Positions 36,868 through 46,497 of a stretch of DNA of 64,000 nucleotides are shown piece by piece. How positions within the stretch are numbered: position 1 is the first letter of the stretch; each line of letters starts with the position of its first letter. Under the pieces are notes generated by a model that had not been told where the DNA came from, made no database searches, and saw only the letters and a program-made list of their open reading frames with translations. A program made the translations under genes and the position numbers. The stretch comes from an uncultured Bacteroidota bacterium (GTDB taxonomy: Bacteria > Bacteroidota > Bacteroidia > Bacteroidales > 4484-276), in assembly GCA_937950125.1 (NCBI GenBank), contig CALFEP010000282.1:21220-85219 (forward strand), given 5' to 3'.

Positions 36868-37985
36868 AATACTACATCATTGCCGGTGAAGCATCGGGCG
36901 ACCTTCACGCATCAAACCTGATGGCAGAATTGAAAAAACTTGATGCTGACGCCGATTTCAGAGTCTGGGGTGGCGATTTGATGGAGAATCAGGGGGGCGT
37001 TGTTGTGAAACACTACCGCGACCTTGCATTCATGGGTTTTTTGGAAGTTTTTATGAACCTGCCGGCAATTTTGGGAAACCTGAAATTTTGCAAACAAGAT
37101 ATTTTAAGCTACAAACCCGATGTGCTGATTCTTGTGGATTATCCTGGTTTTAATCTGCGGATGGCCGAATTTGCATCAAAAAATGGCGTGAAGGTATTTT
37201 ATTACATTTCGCCCCAGGTGTGGGCCTGGAAAAAATCGAGGGTGAAAAAAATCAGAAAGAATGTTGACAGGATGTTTGTAATCCTGCCATTTGAAAAAGA
37301 GTTTTATGCACGCTATGATGTTGATGTTGATTTTGTTGGCCACCCTTTGTTGGATTCTATTGAAAATGAAAACAGAAAGCCATTGAGCGCAGTTGATTTT
37401 CACAAAAAATACAATCTTGATGATCGTCCTTTGATTGCGCTTTTGCCTGGCAGCCGCAAACAGGAAATTTCGCGTATGTTGCCAGTTATGTTGTCCATCA
37501 TCAATTATTATCCTGCATATCAGTTTGTTATAGCTGGAGCGCCATCGCAAGCAGAAGATTTTTATAGAAGTTTTGATAACAAAAAGGATGTTAAAGTTGT
37601 CTTTGGTGAAACCCATAATCTTTTACGACATTCGTATGCGGCACTTGTAACCTCAGGCACTGCCATGCTCGAAACCGCCTTGTTGGGTGTTCCTCAGGTA
37701 GTTTGTTACAAGGGAAGTAACCTTTCGTACCAGATTGCAAAACGGATTGTCGATATCAGGTTTATTTCACTTGTCAACCTTATTATGGATCGAAAAGTTG
37801 TTGAAGAGTTGATTCAGAATGATTTGACTTCAAAACGACTGATTTTTGAAACCGATAAAATATTGCTTCCTGAAAATCGCAAACAGATTTTTCTGGATTA
37901 TGAAGCGTTGAGGTTGAAACTGGGAGGTACCGGTGCATCGGCAAAAGCTGCACTATTAATGACAAAATATTTGAAAACAGAATAA
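36864..37985 (+). CDS. lpxB: Lipid-A-disaccharide synthase
   Basis: 373 aa with N-terminal YIIAGEASGDLHASNLM and C-terminal SGTAMLETALLGVPQVV. Confidence 0.93.
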   Translation: MKYYIIAGEASGDLHASNLMAELKKLDADADFRVWGGDLMENQGGVVVKHYRDLAFMGFLEVFMNLPAILGNLKFCKQDILSYKPDVLILVDYPGFNLRMAEFASKNGVKVFYYISPQVWAWKKSRVKKIRKNVDRMFVILPFEKEFYARYDVDVDFVGHPLLDSIENENRKPLSAVDFHKKYNLDDRPLIALLPGSRKQEISRMLPVMLSIINYYPAYQFVIAGAPSQAEDFYRSFDNKKDVKVVFGETHNLLRHSYAALVTSGTAMLETALLGVPQVVCYKGSNLSYQIAKRIVDIRFISLVNLIMDRKVVEELIQNDLTSKRLIFETDKILLPENRKQIFLDYEALRLKLGGTGASAKAALLMTKYLKTE

Positions 37986-38152
37986 AATTATTAATTTGCT
38001 GGTATTAAATAAGTTGCTTTATTGTTTCAACATTTAAAGTACTATTAATCACCTATTTAACTATCCTTTAACATTCATTAAGGCTTGAAGGTGAAGCATG
38101 AATGAAAATTATTCTATTTTCGCCGCCTTTTTAATAATTTAATCAATTGTTT

Positions 38153-39376
38153 ATGAGAAGAATTGTACTTTTTTCCGTTTTAATGAGCCTGATCACCACC
38201 ACATTGCTTGCAGGGGGATATCAGGTTCGTTTGCAGGGACACAGACAAACCGGGATGGGCTTGATAGGCACTTCTACTTTTGGCGATGCCAGCAGCCTGT
38301 TCTACAATCCGTCAGGGCTTTCGCTGATGAAAACCAAATACAGCATTTTGGTTGGTGGAAGCGCAATCTTCAGCACTACATCTTTCAATCTTAAAAACTC
38401 GGTTTACCAGGCCACTACTGACAATCCGATGGGGACTCCGTTTTTTGTTTATGCAGCCGGAAAGATTACCGATAAACTGGGATTTGGCATTGGCGCATAC
38501 ACGCCTTACGGTAGCTCAGCCAAGTGGGGCGACGATTGGGAAGGCGCCCACCTTATTCAGGACATTTCGATGAAGGTAATTTTTATCCAACCTACACTCT
38601 CCTACAAAATCAACGATATGATTGCTTTAGGAGCTGGTTTTGTGATTGCCACCGGCGATGTTGGCTTACACAAAGCACTACCTTACGGAAACGCTACTGA
38701 AATGGGGCAGGCCTCACTCGAAGGGAAAACCACCAGTTTTGGTTTTAACGCCGGTGTCATGGTTACCCCAAACGACAAATGGAGTTTAGGGCTTAATTAT
38801 CGTTCTGAGGTGACAATGGGACTCGAAGATGGCGATGCAACTTTTAAAATCCCGTCATCAGTTGAAAGCGTGATTCCTGCTGAAAATAAGTTCGATGCTG
38901 AGTTGCCTCTGCCGGCAAACCTCGACTTTGGCATTGCTTACCAGGCAACAGAAAAATTGTTGGTTTCAGCCGAAATCAACTATGTTTTCTGGGATACTTA
39001 CGATACATTGAAATTTGAGTTCAAGGAAAAGCCTGAATTGCTCAACTCGAGCAACCCCCGCGAATATTCCAACAAAATGATCTTCCGTGTTGGAGGCGAA
39101 TATGTTTTCAGCGAAAAATTCGCACTACGGGTAGGAGCTTATTATGATCCAACCCCAACAAATAAGGATTATTTCAATCCGGAAACACCCAGTTTGAACA
39201 CCTATGGACTTAGTTTCGGTTTTTCAGTAAAACCGGTTAAAAACCTGGCGATCGATTTCTCGTACCTGCACCTCGAAACCCAGAAAAGCGAAAGATCTTA
39301 CACACCTGAATATTTTACAGGGACTTACAAGGTCCGCACTTTGATTCCGGGAATAGGTATCAGTTATAATTTCTAA
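38153..39376 (+). CDS. FadL/OmpP1-family outer-membrane hydrophobic-compound channel
   Basis: Signal peptide MRRIVLFSVLMSLITTTLLA, then GGYQVRLQGHRQTGMG..., beta-strand periodicity, and terminal ...GIGISYNF. The track start at 38147 is a TTG. Confidence 0.8.
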   Translation: MRRIVLFSVLMSLITTTLLAGGYQVRLQGHRQTGMGLIGTSTFGDASSLFYNPSGLSLMKTKYSILVGGSAIFSTTSFNLKNSVYQATTDNPMGTPFFVYAAGKITDKLGFGIGAYTPYGSSAKWGDDWEGAHLIQDISMKVIFIQPTLSYKINDMIALGAGFVIATGDVGLHKALPYGNATEMGQASLEGKTTSFGFNAGVMVTPNDKWSLGLNYRSEVTMGLEDGDATFKIPSSVESVIPAENKFDAELPLPANLDFGIAYQATEKLLVSAEINYVFWDTYDTLKFEFKEKPELLNSSNPREYSNKMIFRVGGEYVFSEKFALRVGAYYDPTPTNKDYFNPETPSLNTYGLSFGFSVKPVKNLAIDFSYLHLETQKSERSYTPEYFTGTYKVRTLIPGIGISYNF

Positions 39377-39386
39377 CCTTTAATTA

Positions 39387-40718
39387 ATGAAGACGATGAA
39401 TATTCGAAATATTTTCTTGTTACTCGCATTGGCAACCCTTTTTGCCTGCGAACCCAGTCTTGATGAATTTACAACCTCAGCCGGCAGTGCTGATTTCTCA
39501 AAATATGTTTCCATTGGTAACTCGCTAACTGCTGGTTTTGCCGATGGCGATGTTTACCTTTCAGGACAATTAAATTCATTCCCTGCAATTCTTGCTTACC
39601 AGATGCAGGCAGCCGGAGGCGGCGAATTTAAACAACCGCTCATGTACGACAACTATGGTTTTGGAAATCGTCTGCTGCTCGATGCCAGTATTCCCTCGCC
39701 CCGACCAGCTGGTGTAACACCAGATGAAAGGAATTTTGCCTCTGTTGCCGGCGATGGCCCATTTAATAATATGGGTGTTCCAGGTGCAAAATCATTCCAT
39801 CTTGTTCCAGGTGCTGAAGTTTACAGTAACCTTAATCCTTATTACCGCAGGTTTGCCGCACAACCAGGCGTATCAACCGTTTTGGGTGAAGCTATGGCTC
39901 AAAATGCTACCTTTTTCACTGCATGGGTTGGTTCAAATGATGTGTTGGCATATGCCTATGAAGGAGGCGCTTCCGACAGCATCACCAATCCTGCCCTTCT
40001 ACAGCAGGCTGTAACCGGAATATTTGGAGGAATGGCTTCTAACGGAGCAAAAGGCGCTGTGGCAAATATTCCATATATTACTGACATCCCGTTTTTCACG
40101 TTTATGAACACTAAACTCCCGTACTACGGATTGGTGCTCACGGAGCAGGCACAGGCTGATGCTTTGAATGCCGGGTATGCGCCGCTGAATGCATTTATCA
40201 AATCAATCGGTTCCACTGATACACTTGCTTTTAATGTTGGACCCAATGGTTTTGTGATTGTGGATAAAGATATTCCGTGGGGAATTCGTCAGATGAAAGA
40301 GGGTGATTTGTTCCTGTTGACCCTGCCTACCGATTCGGTTAAGAATTATGGTTATGGCAGCCAGACCCCCATTCCTGACAACTATGTGCTGACCACCACA
40401 GAAGTGACAAAAATTAAAAACGCCACTGACTCTTACAACCTGATTATAGAAGGTTTGGCTACCCAGCTTGGCCTTGCACTGGTTGATATGAATGAACACA
40501 TGAATACACTGGCGACAACCGGAATCACGGTTGATGGAATTACCTTTACGGAAGATTTTATTACCGGCAAGGCATTTTCGCTTGATGGAATTCATCTTAC
40601 AGCTCAGGGAAATGCGGTCGTGGCCAATTTCTTTATCGATGCAATAAATGCTAAATTTGGTGCTGACCTCAAACATGTCAGCCCACGATTGTACCCGGGA
40701 ATTTATTATTTTCAATAA
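39387..40718 (+). CDS. SGNH/GDSL-hydrolase-family lipoprotein
   Basis: Lipobox LLLALATLFAC followed by acidic residues (CEPSLDEF), block I SIGNSLTAGF, and C-terminal SLDGIHLT (block V, D-x-x-H). Confidence 0.8.
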   Translation: MKTMNIRNIFLLLALATLFACEPSLDEFTTSAGSADFSKYVSIGNSLTAGFADGDVYLSGQLNSFPAILAYQMQAAGGGEFKQPLMYDNYGFGNRLLLDASIPSPRPAGVTPDERNFASVAGDGPFNNMGVPGAKSFHLVPGAEVYSNLNPYYRRFAAQPGVSTVLGEAMAQNATFFTAWVGSNDVLAYAYEGGASDSITNPALLQQAVTGIFGGMASNGAKGAVANIPYITDIPFFTFMNTKLPYYGLVLTEQAQADALNAGYAPLNAFIKSIGSTDTLAFNVGPNGFVIVDKDIPWGIRQMKEGDLFLLTLPTDSVKNYGYGSQTPIPDNYVLTTTEVTKIKNATDSYNLIIEGLATQLGLALVDMNEHMNTLATTGITVDGITFTEDFITGKAFSLDGIHLTAQGNAVVANFFIDAINAKFGADLKHVSPRLYPGIYYFQ

Positions 40719-40743
40719 TTGTTTTAAACTATGACTCTATTTG

Positions 40744-40780
40744 AAAGGGCTGAGGTGAAAACCGATGCCCTTTCTTTTTT
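40744..40780 (+). terminator. Intrinsic terminator after the SGNH gene
   Basis: AAAGGGC / GCCCTTT stem with a 16-nt loop, followed by CTTTTTTT. Confidence 0.6.
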
Positions 40781-40788
40781 TACTTTTG
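40781..40788 (+). promoter_or_regulatory. -7 promoter box TACTTTTG for rdgB (near-leaderless)
   Basis: Exact TAnnTTTG match ending 4 nt before ATG 40793. Confidence 0.4.
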
Positions 40789-40792
40789 CGAT

Positions 40793-41374
40793 ATGAAAAG
40801 AAAACTTGTATTTGCTACCAATAATGCCCACAAACTTGGCGAAATCAGCAGTGTGGTGGGTGATCAATTTGAAATTCTGAGCCTTCATCAAATTGGCTTC
40901 TATGGTGAAATACCTGAAGATCATCACACCCTCAGGGAAAATGCCCTACAGAAAGCCCGGTTTATTCACGAAAAGTATGGACTTGACTGTTTTGCCGATG
41001 ATACCGGGCTTGAAATTGATGCCTTGGGAGGAAAACCGGGTGTGATGTCGGCAAGGTATGCTGGTCATGAATGTGATCCCGAAGCCAACATCAGGAAAGT
41101 TTTGGACGAAATGAAGGGTAAAATCAGACGAAACGCCAGGTTCAGAACCATGATTGCCCTGATAATAAATGGTGAGGAACATTTTTTTGAGGGTGTGGTT
41201 GAAGGTGAAATATTGAGTGAAAAAAGAGGAGCCGATGGCTTTGGCTATGATCCGATATTTTTGCCATTGTGCTACACACAAACTTTTGCCGAAATGAGTC
41301 TTTCCATGAAAAATACCATTAGCCATCGCGCAAAGGCTGTTGAGAGATTGGTTGAGTTTTTAAATGGAATTTAA
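40793..41374 (+). CDS. rdgB: Non-canonical purine NTP pyrophosphatase (RdgB/HAM1)
   Basis: [38 protein letters not shown] and ISHRAKA motifs. Confidence 0.92.
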   Translation: MKRKLVFATNNAHKLGEISSVVGDQFEILSLHQIGFYGEIPEDHHTLRENALQKARFIHEKYGLDCFADDTGLEIDALGGKPGVMSARYAGHECDPEANIRKVLDEMKGKIRRNARFRTMIALIINGEEHFFEGVVEGEILSEKRGADGFGYDPIFLPLCYTQTFAEMSLSMKNTISHRAKAVERLVEFLNGI

Positions 41375-41774
41375 GATTAAGTGATCGATCTTCAGGCAAA
41401 AATCAGACCTCTTGACCCAATGTATCTCTGTCAAATAAAGGGAATGATTCGCTCATAATTCTCTTGCTGGGCTGAGAGTGTCCCGTCGCTTTGCTAAAAC
41501 ACATTACCAAAAAGCGATGAATGCCTACAGGATATGCGATTAGATACCGAAATTACGGAAGCACTTCGCGAGAGAAATCCCCCGAAATAAGCAATATTTT
41601 CAATCCGATAACCAAAACCTGTGGCCGCTGAATTGACTGGATGCTTGCCTGCTGTTATGCCTTGAGCAGGTAGGCAGGAATTAAAATTTTGTTACAATGA
41701 AATTATCCAAAGGCCGGGAGTCTTTTCTTCTATAAATCAAAGCACCTGGAAACAAAGAAAATAATTTGGATATT

Positions 41775-41830
41775 GTCCAAATCCTTTTCCTGACCGAGGT
41801 TTGACGGCGAGACGGTTTGGACTTTTTATT
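41775..41830 (+). terminator. Terminator-like hairpin with a T-run on the plus strand, 400 nt past the rdgB stop
   Basis: GTCCAAATC (41775-41783) pairs with GGTTTGGAC (41814-41822), giving 9 bp including one G-U, and is followed by TTTTT. There is no T-run on the other strand. Confidence 0.4.
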
Positions 41831-41915
41831 CAAATTCAGGAACATGCCAGTATGCGGCTGCAGGTAATCCGGATTTATTGAAAATTAGGGAAAATGAAAG
41901 ATAAGTAGGCTGAAA

Positions 41916-42617
41916 TCAAGGTTTCAACTCCTCGTCATCCATATCGGCCTGAAATTTAAAGCCTAATCGTTTGCCGGTTTTGATTTTCATGTTGTCAAGG
42001 GTGGTTTGAATTTCGAAAACACTCAGAATTTTCACTTCTTCGTATGGAGGTGTAAGCAAATCGAAATTCAGGGTGTATTTTATGGCTGATGTAATGATGC
42101 TTTTGGCGGCCTGGTCATCAAGCAAAGCAATATCAAAACTTCGGTACAGGTATCCAATTTCGCGTTTACCTTCGATAAAATAGTGCATATCCTTGTTGAT
42201 AAAAACCCGTCCGATGAGGTAGCCAATGTCGTTGATTCGCTTGTATTTGAACGAATCGCCAAGAAAATTGTAAATATTGATGATTCCGCAGTAAGAACGA
42301 TCGGGGTCTTCAGAGATGTATGGCATTTTCATGACATCGTGGCTGCGGGGGAACTCAAAGATGTTGGTGTGCATCATGAAAATCAGAATGTCTCCGGCAA
42401 ACTTGAGTTCGACCACAAATTCACCCCTGTTCCGGTATTCAAACGGGATGTTGTGAGAAGACTGAACCCTGGCCTGCTGATATTCTGATACCAGGTTTTT
42501 AATTACCGTTTTAAACTTATTGAAAGTGGTGTAGGTATTTTGATAAACATCCTGTTTCAGAGAAGCTTTCGACACGATTGACTGAAAAAGAGCGTGTGTA
42601 TCGTTGCTCATGTTCAT
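41916..42617 (-). CDS. Conserved-looking hypothetical cytoplasmic protein, co-oriented 12 nt downstream of porT
   Basis: 233 aa with no signal peptide or TM helix and no motif I can name. Ordinary amino-acid composition with an acidic tail DMDDEELKP. Confidence 0.6.
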   Translation of the reverse strand: MNMSNDTHALFQSIVSKASLKQDVYQNTYTTFNKFKTVIKNLVSEYQQARVQSSHNIPFEYRNRGEFVVELKFAGDILIFMMHTNIFEFPRSHDVMKMPYISEDPDRSYCGIINIYNFLGDSFKYKRINDIGYLIGRVFINKDMHYFIEGKREIGYLYRSFDIALLDDQAAKSIITSAIKYTLNFDLLTPPYEEVKILSVFEIQTTLDNMKIKTGKRLGFKFQADMDDEELKP

Positions 42618-42629
42618 TTTCGGTTTATT

Positions 42630-43409
42630 TTATTCGAAAGTAAAAGTAAACATAAATATTTTCGATCGTAAACTTTCGATACCTTCGGTATAAAGGTTGT
42701 TTTCACGAAGCAGCATATCACGAATACCGTAGGACATGGAAAGTTCAATTCCGAATTTAAACCAGTTCATGTAAATATCTATTCCCGAACCTAACATAAA
42801 GTAGGTATCAGTTCTGAAAAGTTTTGGTTCATAATTGTCCTGTTCGGTTTTATTGGCTTGCGAGGCAAGGTCGATGTTGTATTTTACACCACCAATGACG
42901 TACAGCCGGATATTATGCACCCTTTCGGTCTTGAATTTGAGGAACAGTGGAAATTCAACAAAGGTTGAGTTGACTTTTTGGCTCAACACCTTTGTTGAAG
43001 AATCAGATTCAACAAACAGGCGGGTAGTGTAACTAAGTGTACGGGTACCAAAAGCAAGCGAGGGTATAAACCGGAGGTCTAAATAATTTCCAATCCTTCT
43101 GTCGCCAACAATACCCACTGTAAAACCATAAGCTGGCAGGCTGGTAATTCCAAAAACCTTTGCTGAATCAACATTTGCAATGCCAATATCAAATTCGGGA
43201 AGTTGTTTCCCGGTGTAAATCCTGTCGAAGATGTCGCTTTTCTGTTTCACGATGAAATCCATCTGGTTGGCTGCCAGAATAAACCCAAAATGATACGGCT
43301 CGAAGTCGTACAGTTTTAAATTGGGTACTTTGTTTACTTGTGAATACAAAAACTGGGTGGTGAAAATGAAGCTGAGTACAAAAAATAACCTCCAAACCTT
43401 AATGATCAT
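42630..43409 (-). CDS. porT: PorT-family outer-membrane beta-barrel protein (T9SS-associated)
   Basis: 259 aa with signal peptide ...FTTQFLYSQ, then ...YDFEPYHFGFILAANQMDF..., alternating beta pattern, and terminal ...FMFTFTFE. The ubiE-porT adjacency is typical of Bacteroidota. Confidence 0.75.
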   Translation of the reverse strand: MIIKVWRLFFVLSFIFTTQFLYSQVNKVPNLKLYDFEPYHFGFILAANQMDFIVKQKSDIFDRIYTGKQLPEFDIGIANVDSAKVFGITSLPAYGFTVGIVGDRRIGNYLDLRFIPSLAFGTRTLSYTTRLFVESDSSTKVLSQKVNSTFVEFPLFLKFKTERVHNIRLYVIGGVKYNIDLASQANKTEQDNYEPKLFRTDTYFMLGSGIDIYMNWFKFGIELSMSYGIRDMLLRENNLYTEGIESLRSKIFMFTFTFE

Positions 43410-43459
43410 CCAGTGGTGCGGTATTAAAATTTTATCGGAATAACGAGATGACCCGGCTT

Positions 43460-44209
43460 TTATTTTTTACCGGTGTAAATGGAAGCTATACCAAATGTTA
43501 ACTTCCTGTGATTGGTTTCAACAAAACCTGCATCTTCTAAAAGCTTTACAAAACCAGCGCCTGATGGAAAATTGTCCACTGAATCAGGAAGGTAAGTGTA
43601 AGCAAATTTGTGTTTCGACACCCATTTTCCAAGGAATGGTAAAACGGTTGAAAAATAAAACCGAAAGATATTTTTAACCAAAAAAACATCAGGTTTCGAA
43701 AACTCGAGAATCACCACATGTCCGCCATTTACAAGAACTCTGTAGAACTCATTGATCCCTTTCTGGACATTTTCAAAATTTCTGACACCAAAAGCTGTCA
43801 TAACAATTTGGTAACTTTCAGCATCAAAAGGCAGGTTTTCGGCATCAGCCACCTGAACGCGAATTTTACCTGTCAGTTTTCTTTCTATGACTTTACGCTG
43901 TTGAATTTCAAGCATTTCTTCCGAAATATCGATACCAACAATGGTTTTGGCATCCATTTTTGCAGCAAGTATCGACATGTCGCCGGTTCCCGATGCAACA
44001 TCGAGGATTGTCTGGTGCGGCCACCTATGAATGATTCTCATCGCTTTGCGCCGCCACAAATGATCGATTCCGAGGGATAGAAAATGATTTAAAAAATCGT
44101 AGCGATGGGCAATATTGTTAAACATTTGCCGCACCATTTCTTTCTTTTCTGATTGAGCCGGCGCCTCTGAGTTTTGGTCCGGATTTTCGTTAGATTTAAC
44201 CAGGGTCAT
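43460..44209 (-). CDS. ubiE: Demethylmenaquinone / ubiquinone C-methyltransferase
   Basis: MFNNIAHRYDFLNHFLSLGIDHLWRR and the SAM motif ILDVASGTGD. Confidence 0.92.
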   Translation of the reverse strand: MTLVKSNENPDQNSEAPAQSEKKEMVRQMFNNIAHRYDFLNHFLSLGIDHLWRRKAMRIIHRWPHQTILDVASGTGDMSILAAKMDAKTIVGIDISEEMLEIQQRKVIERKLTGKIRVQVADAENLPFDAESYQIVMTAFGVRNFENVQKGINEFYRVLVNGGHVVILEFSKPDVFLVKNIFRFYFSTVLPFLGKWVSKHKFAYTYLPDSVDNFPSGAGFVKLLEDAGFVETNHRKLTFGIASIYTGKK

Positions 44210-44227
44210 AAAAAAAGGGATTGAAGG

Positions 44228-45247
44228 CTAAAAATCAAGTGATAACATTTCCTTTTTTAACTTTTCGGGATTCACGGGTACGACTCCAACGCTTTCGCAC
44301 ACCTGGCCTCCACCTAAATTGCTGATGGCGGCCACTTCGGCGGGCTTCATTCCAAGTGCAAGACAAATAGTAGCCAGGCTGACAACGGTATCGCCGGCGC
44401 CTGAAACATCGGCAATCGAGCGCAGATGTGCCGGAATGTGAAAATCCTCGAACGAATCGTTTTCAAGCCACTGACTTACGAACACGCCGGCATCGGATAA
44501 AGTGGCCAGGATGATACGGAGATTTTGCTTTTGATGAAGTTTTCGAACTGCTTTGCGCAAACTGCTAAAGTCGCTTTTATCAAAATTAAGCCCAAGCCCT
44601 TCACGAAGTTCTTTCAGGTTAGGCTTAAAGAAAGTCAGGTTGCGGTAGGCCTCAAAATTTCGTTTTTTTGGATCAACTGCTACAGGAATGTTGTTTTCGG
44701 CACAAAGCTGATTAACCTTTTTTATCAGGTCGGGTGTAATGACCCCCTTGTCGTAATCCTGAAAAATAACAGCATCAATTTTATGCTGATTAAAAATTGC
44801 CTGGATATTCTGAATGAATTTTTGCTGATCGCTGCGTAGCAAAGGAGTATCCATTTCTTCGTCAACCCTTAGCATCTGCATATTATTGCCAATAACCCTG
44901 AATTTGGTGGTAGTAATTCTGTTGCTGTTTTTTTGAATTCCAACCCTTGATAATTCGTTTTCGTGCAAAAGTTCATCAAAAATTTCAGCCTGTTTATCGT
45001 TGCCAATCACTGAGCACAATATGGGTGCGGCTCCCATGGCTTTGATATTCAAGGCAACATTGGCTGCACCACCCAACCTGTTGGCTCTTTTGTTGACAGC
45101 AACAATAGGAACGGGTGCTTCGGGCGAGATGCGATCAACGTTGCCCCATAGGTACGAATCAATCATCACATCGCCGATAATGACAATGTTTAGGCCTTTA
45201 ATTTTTTCAAAAAAAACATTGATTTCCTTTTCAGTGTATTTTGGCAT
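44228..45247 (-). CDS. rfaE: D-glycero-beta-D-manno-heptose-7-phosphate kinase (RfaE domain I, PfkB family)
   Basis: IIGDVMIDSYLWGNVDRISPEAPVPIV, and the C-terminal DVSGAGDT anion-hole motif. Confidence 0.85.
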   Translation of the reverse strand: MPKYTEKEINVFFEKIKGLNIVIIGDVMIDSYLWGNVDRISPEAPVPIVAVNKRANRLGGAANVALNIKAMGAAPILCSVIGNDKQAEIFDELLHENELSRVGIQKNSNRITTTKFRVIGNNMQMLRVDEEMDTPLLRSDQQKFIQNIQAIFNQHKIDAVIFQDYDKGVITPDLIKKVNQLCAENNIPVAVDPKKRNFEAYRNLTFFKPNLKELREGLGLNFDKSDFSSLRKAVRKLHQKQNLRIILATLSDAGVFVSQWLENDSFEDFHIPAHLRSIADVSGAGDTVVSLATICLALGMKPAEVAAISNLGGGQVCESVGVVPVNPEKLKKEMLSLDF

Positions 45248-45288
45248 CGTGGGTTACTCGGTTGAGAGCCAAACAGTAGCTCGATTGG

Positions 45289-46497
45289 TTATTTTAATTT
45301 CGATAAACCATCCTTAATTCTGTCTAAGGCACGTTCCAACTCCTGCGTGGAGGCAGCATAGGAAATCCTGATGTGATTGTAACCACCAAAAGCGTCACCG
45401 GCAACAAGTGCAACATAGGTTTTATCGAGCAGATAGAGACACAAATCGTTGCCATCGCGAATCACGGTATTACCATCACTTTTTCCGTAGTAAAACGACA
45501 CATCAGGAAAAACGTAAAATGCCCCATTGGGTACATTGGAAATAATCCCTGGAATTTCCTTGAGCTTTCGCAAAACCAGGTTACGCCTTTCGAGGAAAGC
45601 CTGCTTCATTTCCTGAACTTCGGCCAACGTGTTATGATCAGTTTGCAGGGCTTTGAGGGCGGCCATCTGCGAAATGGATGCAGCCCCTGAGGTGTACTGT
45701 CCCTGCAGGGTATTGCAGGCTGCGGCCAGAGCTTTTGTTGCGGCCATGTATCCAATGCGCCATCCCGTCATGGCATAATTCTTCGATACTCCGTTAATGG
45801 TTACAACGCGGTCTTTTATAAAGTCAAATTGAGCGATGCTCTCATGTTTACCGTTGAAACTGATGAGCTCATAAATTTCGTCGGAAATTACATACAAATC
45901 GTCCTTTTCGGCCAACACTTTGGCCAATTCGTACAATTCATCACGGGTGTAGGAGGACCCGGAGGGATTGCAGGGTGAACTGAAAATGAACACCTTGGTT
46001 TGTGCTGTAATAGCGTCTTTGACCTGTTTGGGAGTTACTTTGAAATCGTTTGCAATACTTGTTGGCAGAATGACAGGCACGCCCTCGGCTAACTTTACCA
46101 TTTCGGGGTACGAAACCCAGTATGGTGCGGGTATCAGCACTTCATCACCTTTATTTACCAGACAAAGAAATGCATTGGCTATCGACTGCTTGGCTCCACC
46201 AGAAACTATAATCTGATCGATGCTGTAATCAAGTCCATTATCTTTTTTCAGTTTATCGGATATTGCTTTGCGTAACTCCTTGTATCCAGGTACCGGTGGA
46301 TAATGTGTAATATTTTTATTAATAGCCTCAATAGCAGCATCTTTAATACATTCAGGTGTATTGAAGTCGGGTTCGCCGATGCTCAGATTGATAACATCTT
46401 TTCCAGCTTCCTTTAATTCACGGCTTTTACGGGTCATTTCCAAAGTAGCCGATTCGTTGAGGTTTTTTACACGGTCTGATAAGTGTTCGTAGCTCAT
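45289..46497 (-). CDS. PLP-dependent aminotransferase class I (aspartate aminotransferase-like)
   Basis: 402 aa with GEPDF and the Lys motif NGVSKNYAMTGWRIGY. Confidence 0.9.
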   Translation of the reverse strand: MSYEHLSDRVKNLNESATLEMTRKSRELKEAGKDVINLSIGEPDFNTPECIKDAAIEAINKNITHYPPVPGYKELRKAISDKLKKDNGLDYSIDQIIVSGGAKQSIANAFLCLVNKGDEVLIPAPYWVSYPEMVKLAEGVPVILPTSIANDFKVTPKQVKDAITAQTKVFIFSSPCNPSGSSYTRDELYELAKVLAEKDDLYVISDEIYELISFNGKHESIAQFDFIKDRVVTINGVSKNYAMTGWRIGYMAATKALAAACNTLQGQYTSGAASISQMAALKALQTDHNTLAEVQEMKQAFLERRNLVLRKLKEIPGIISNVPNGAFYVFPDVSFYYGKSDGNTVIRDGNDLCLYLLDKTYVALVAGDAFGGYNHIRISYAASTQELERALDRIKDGLSKLK

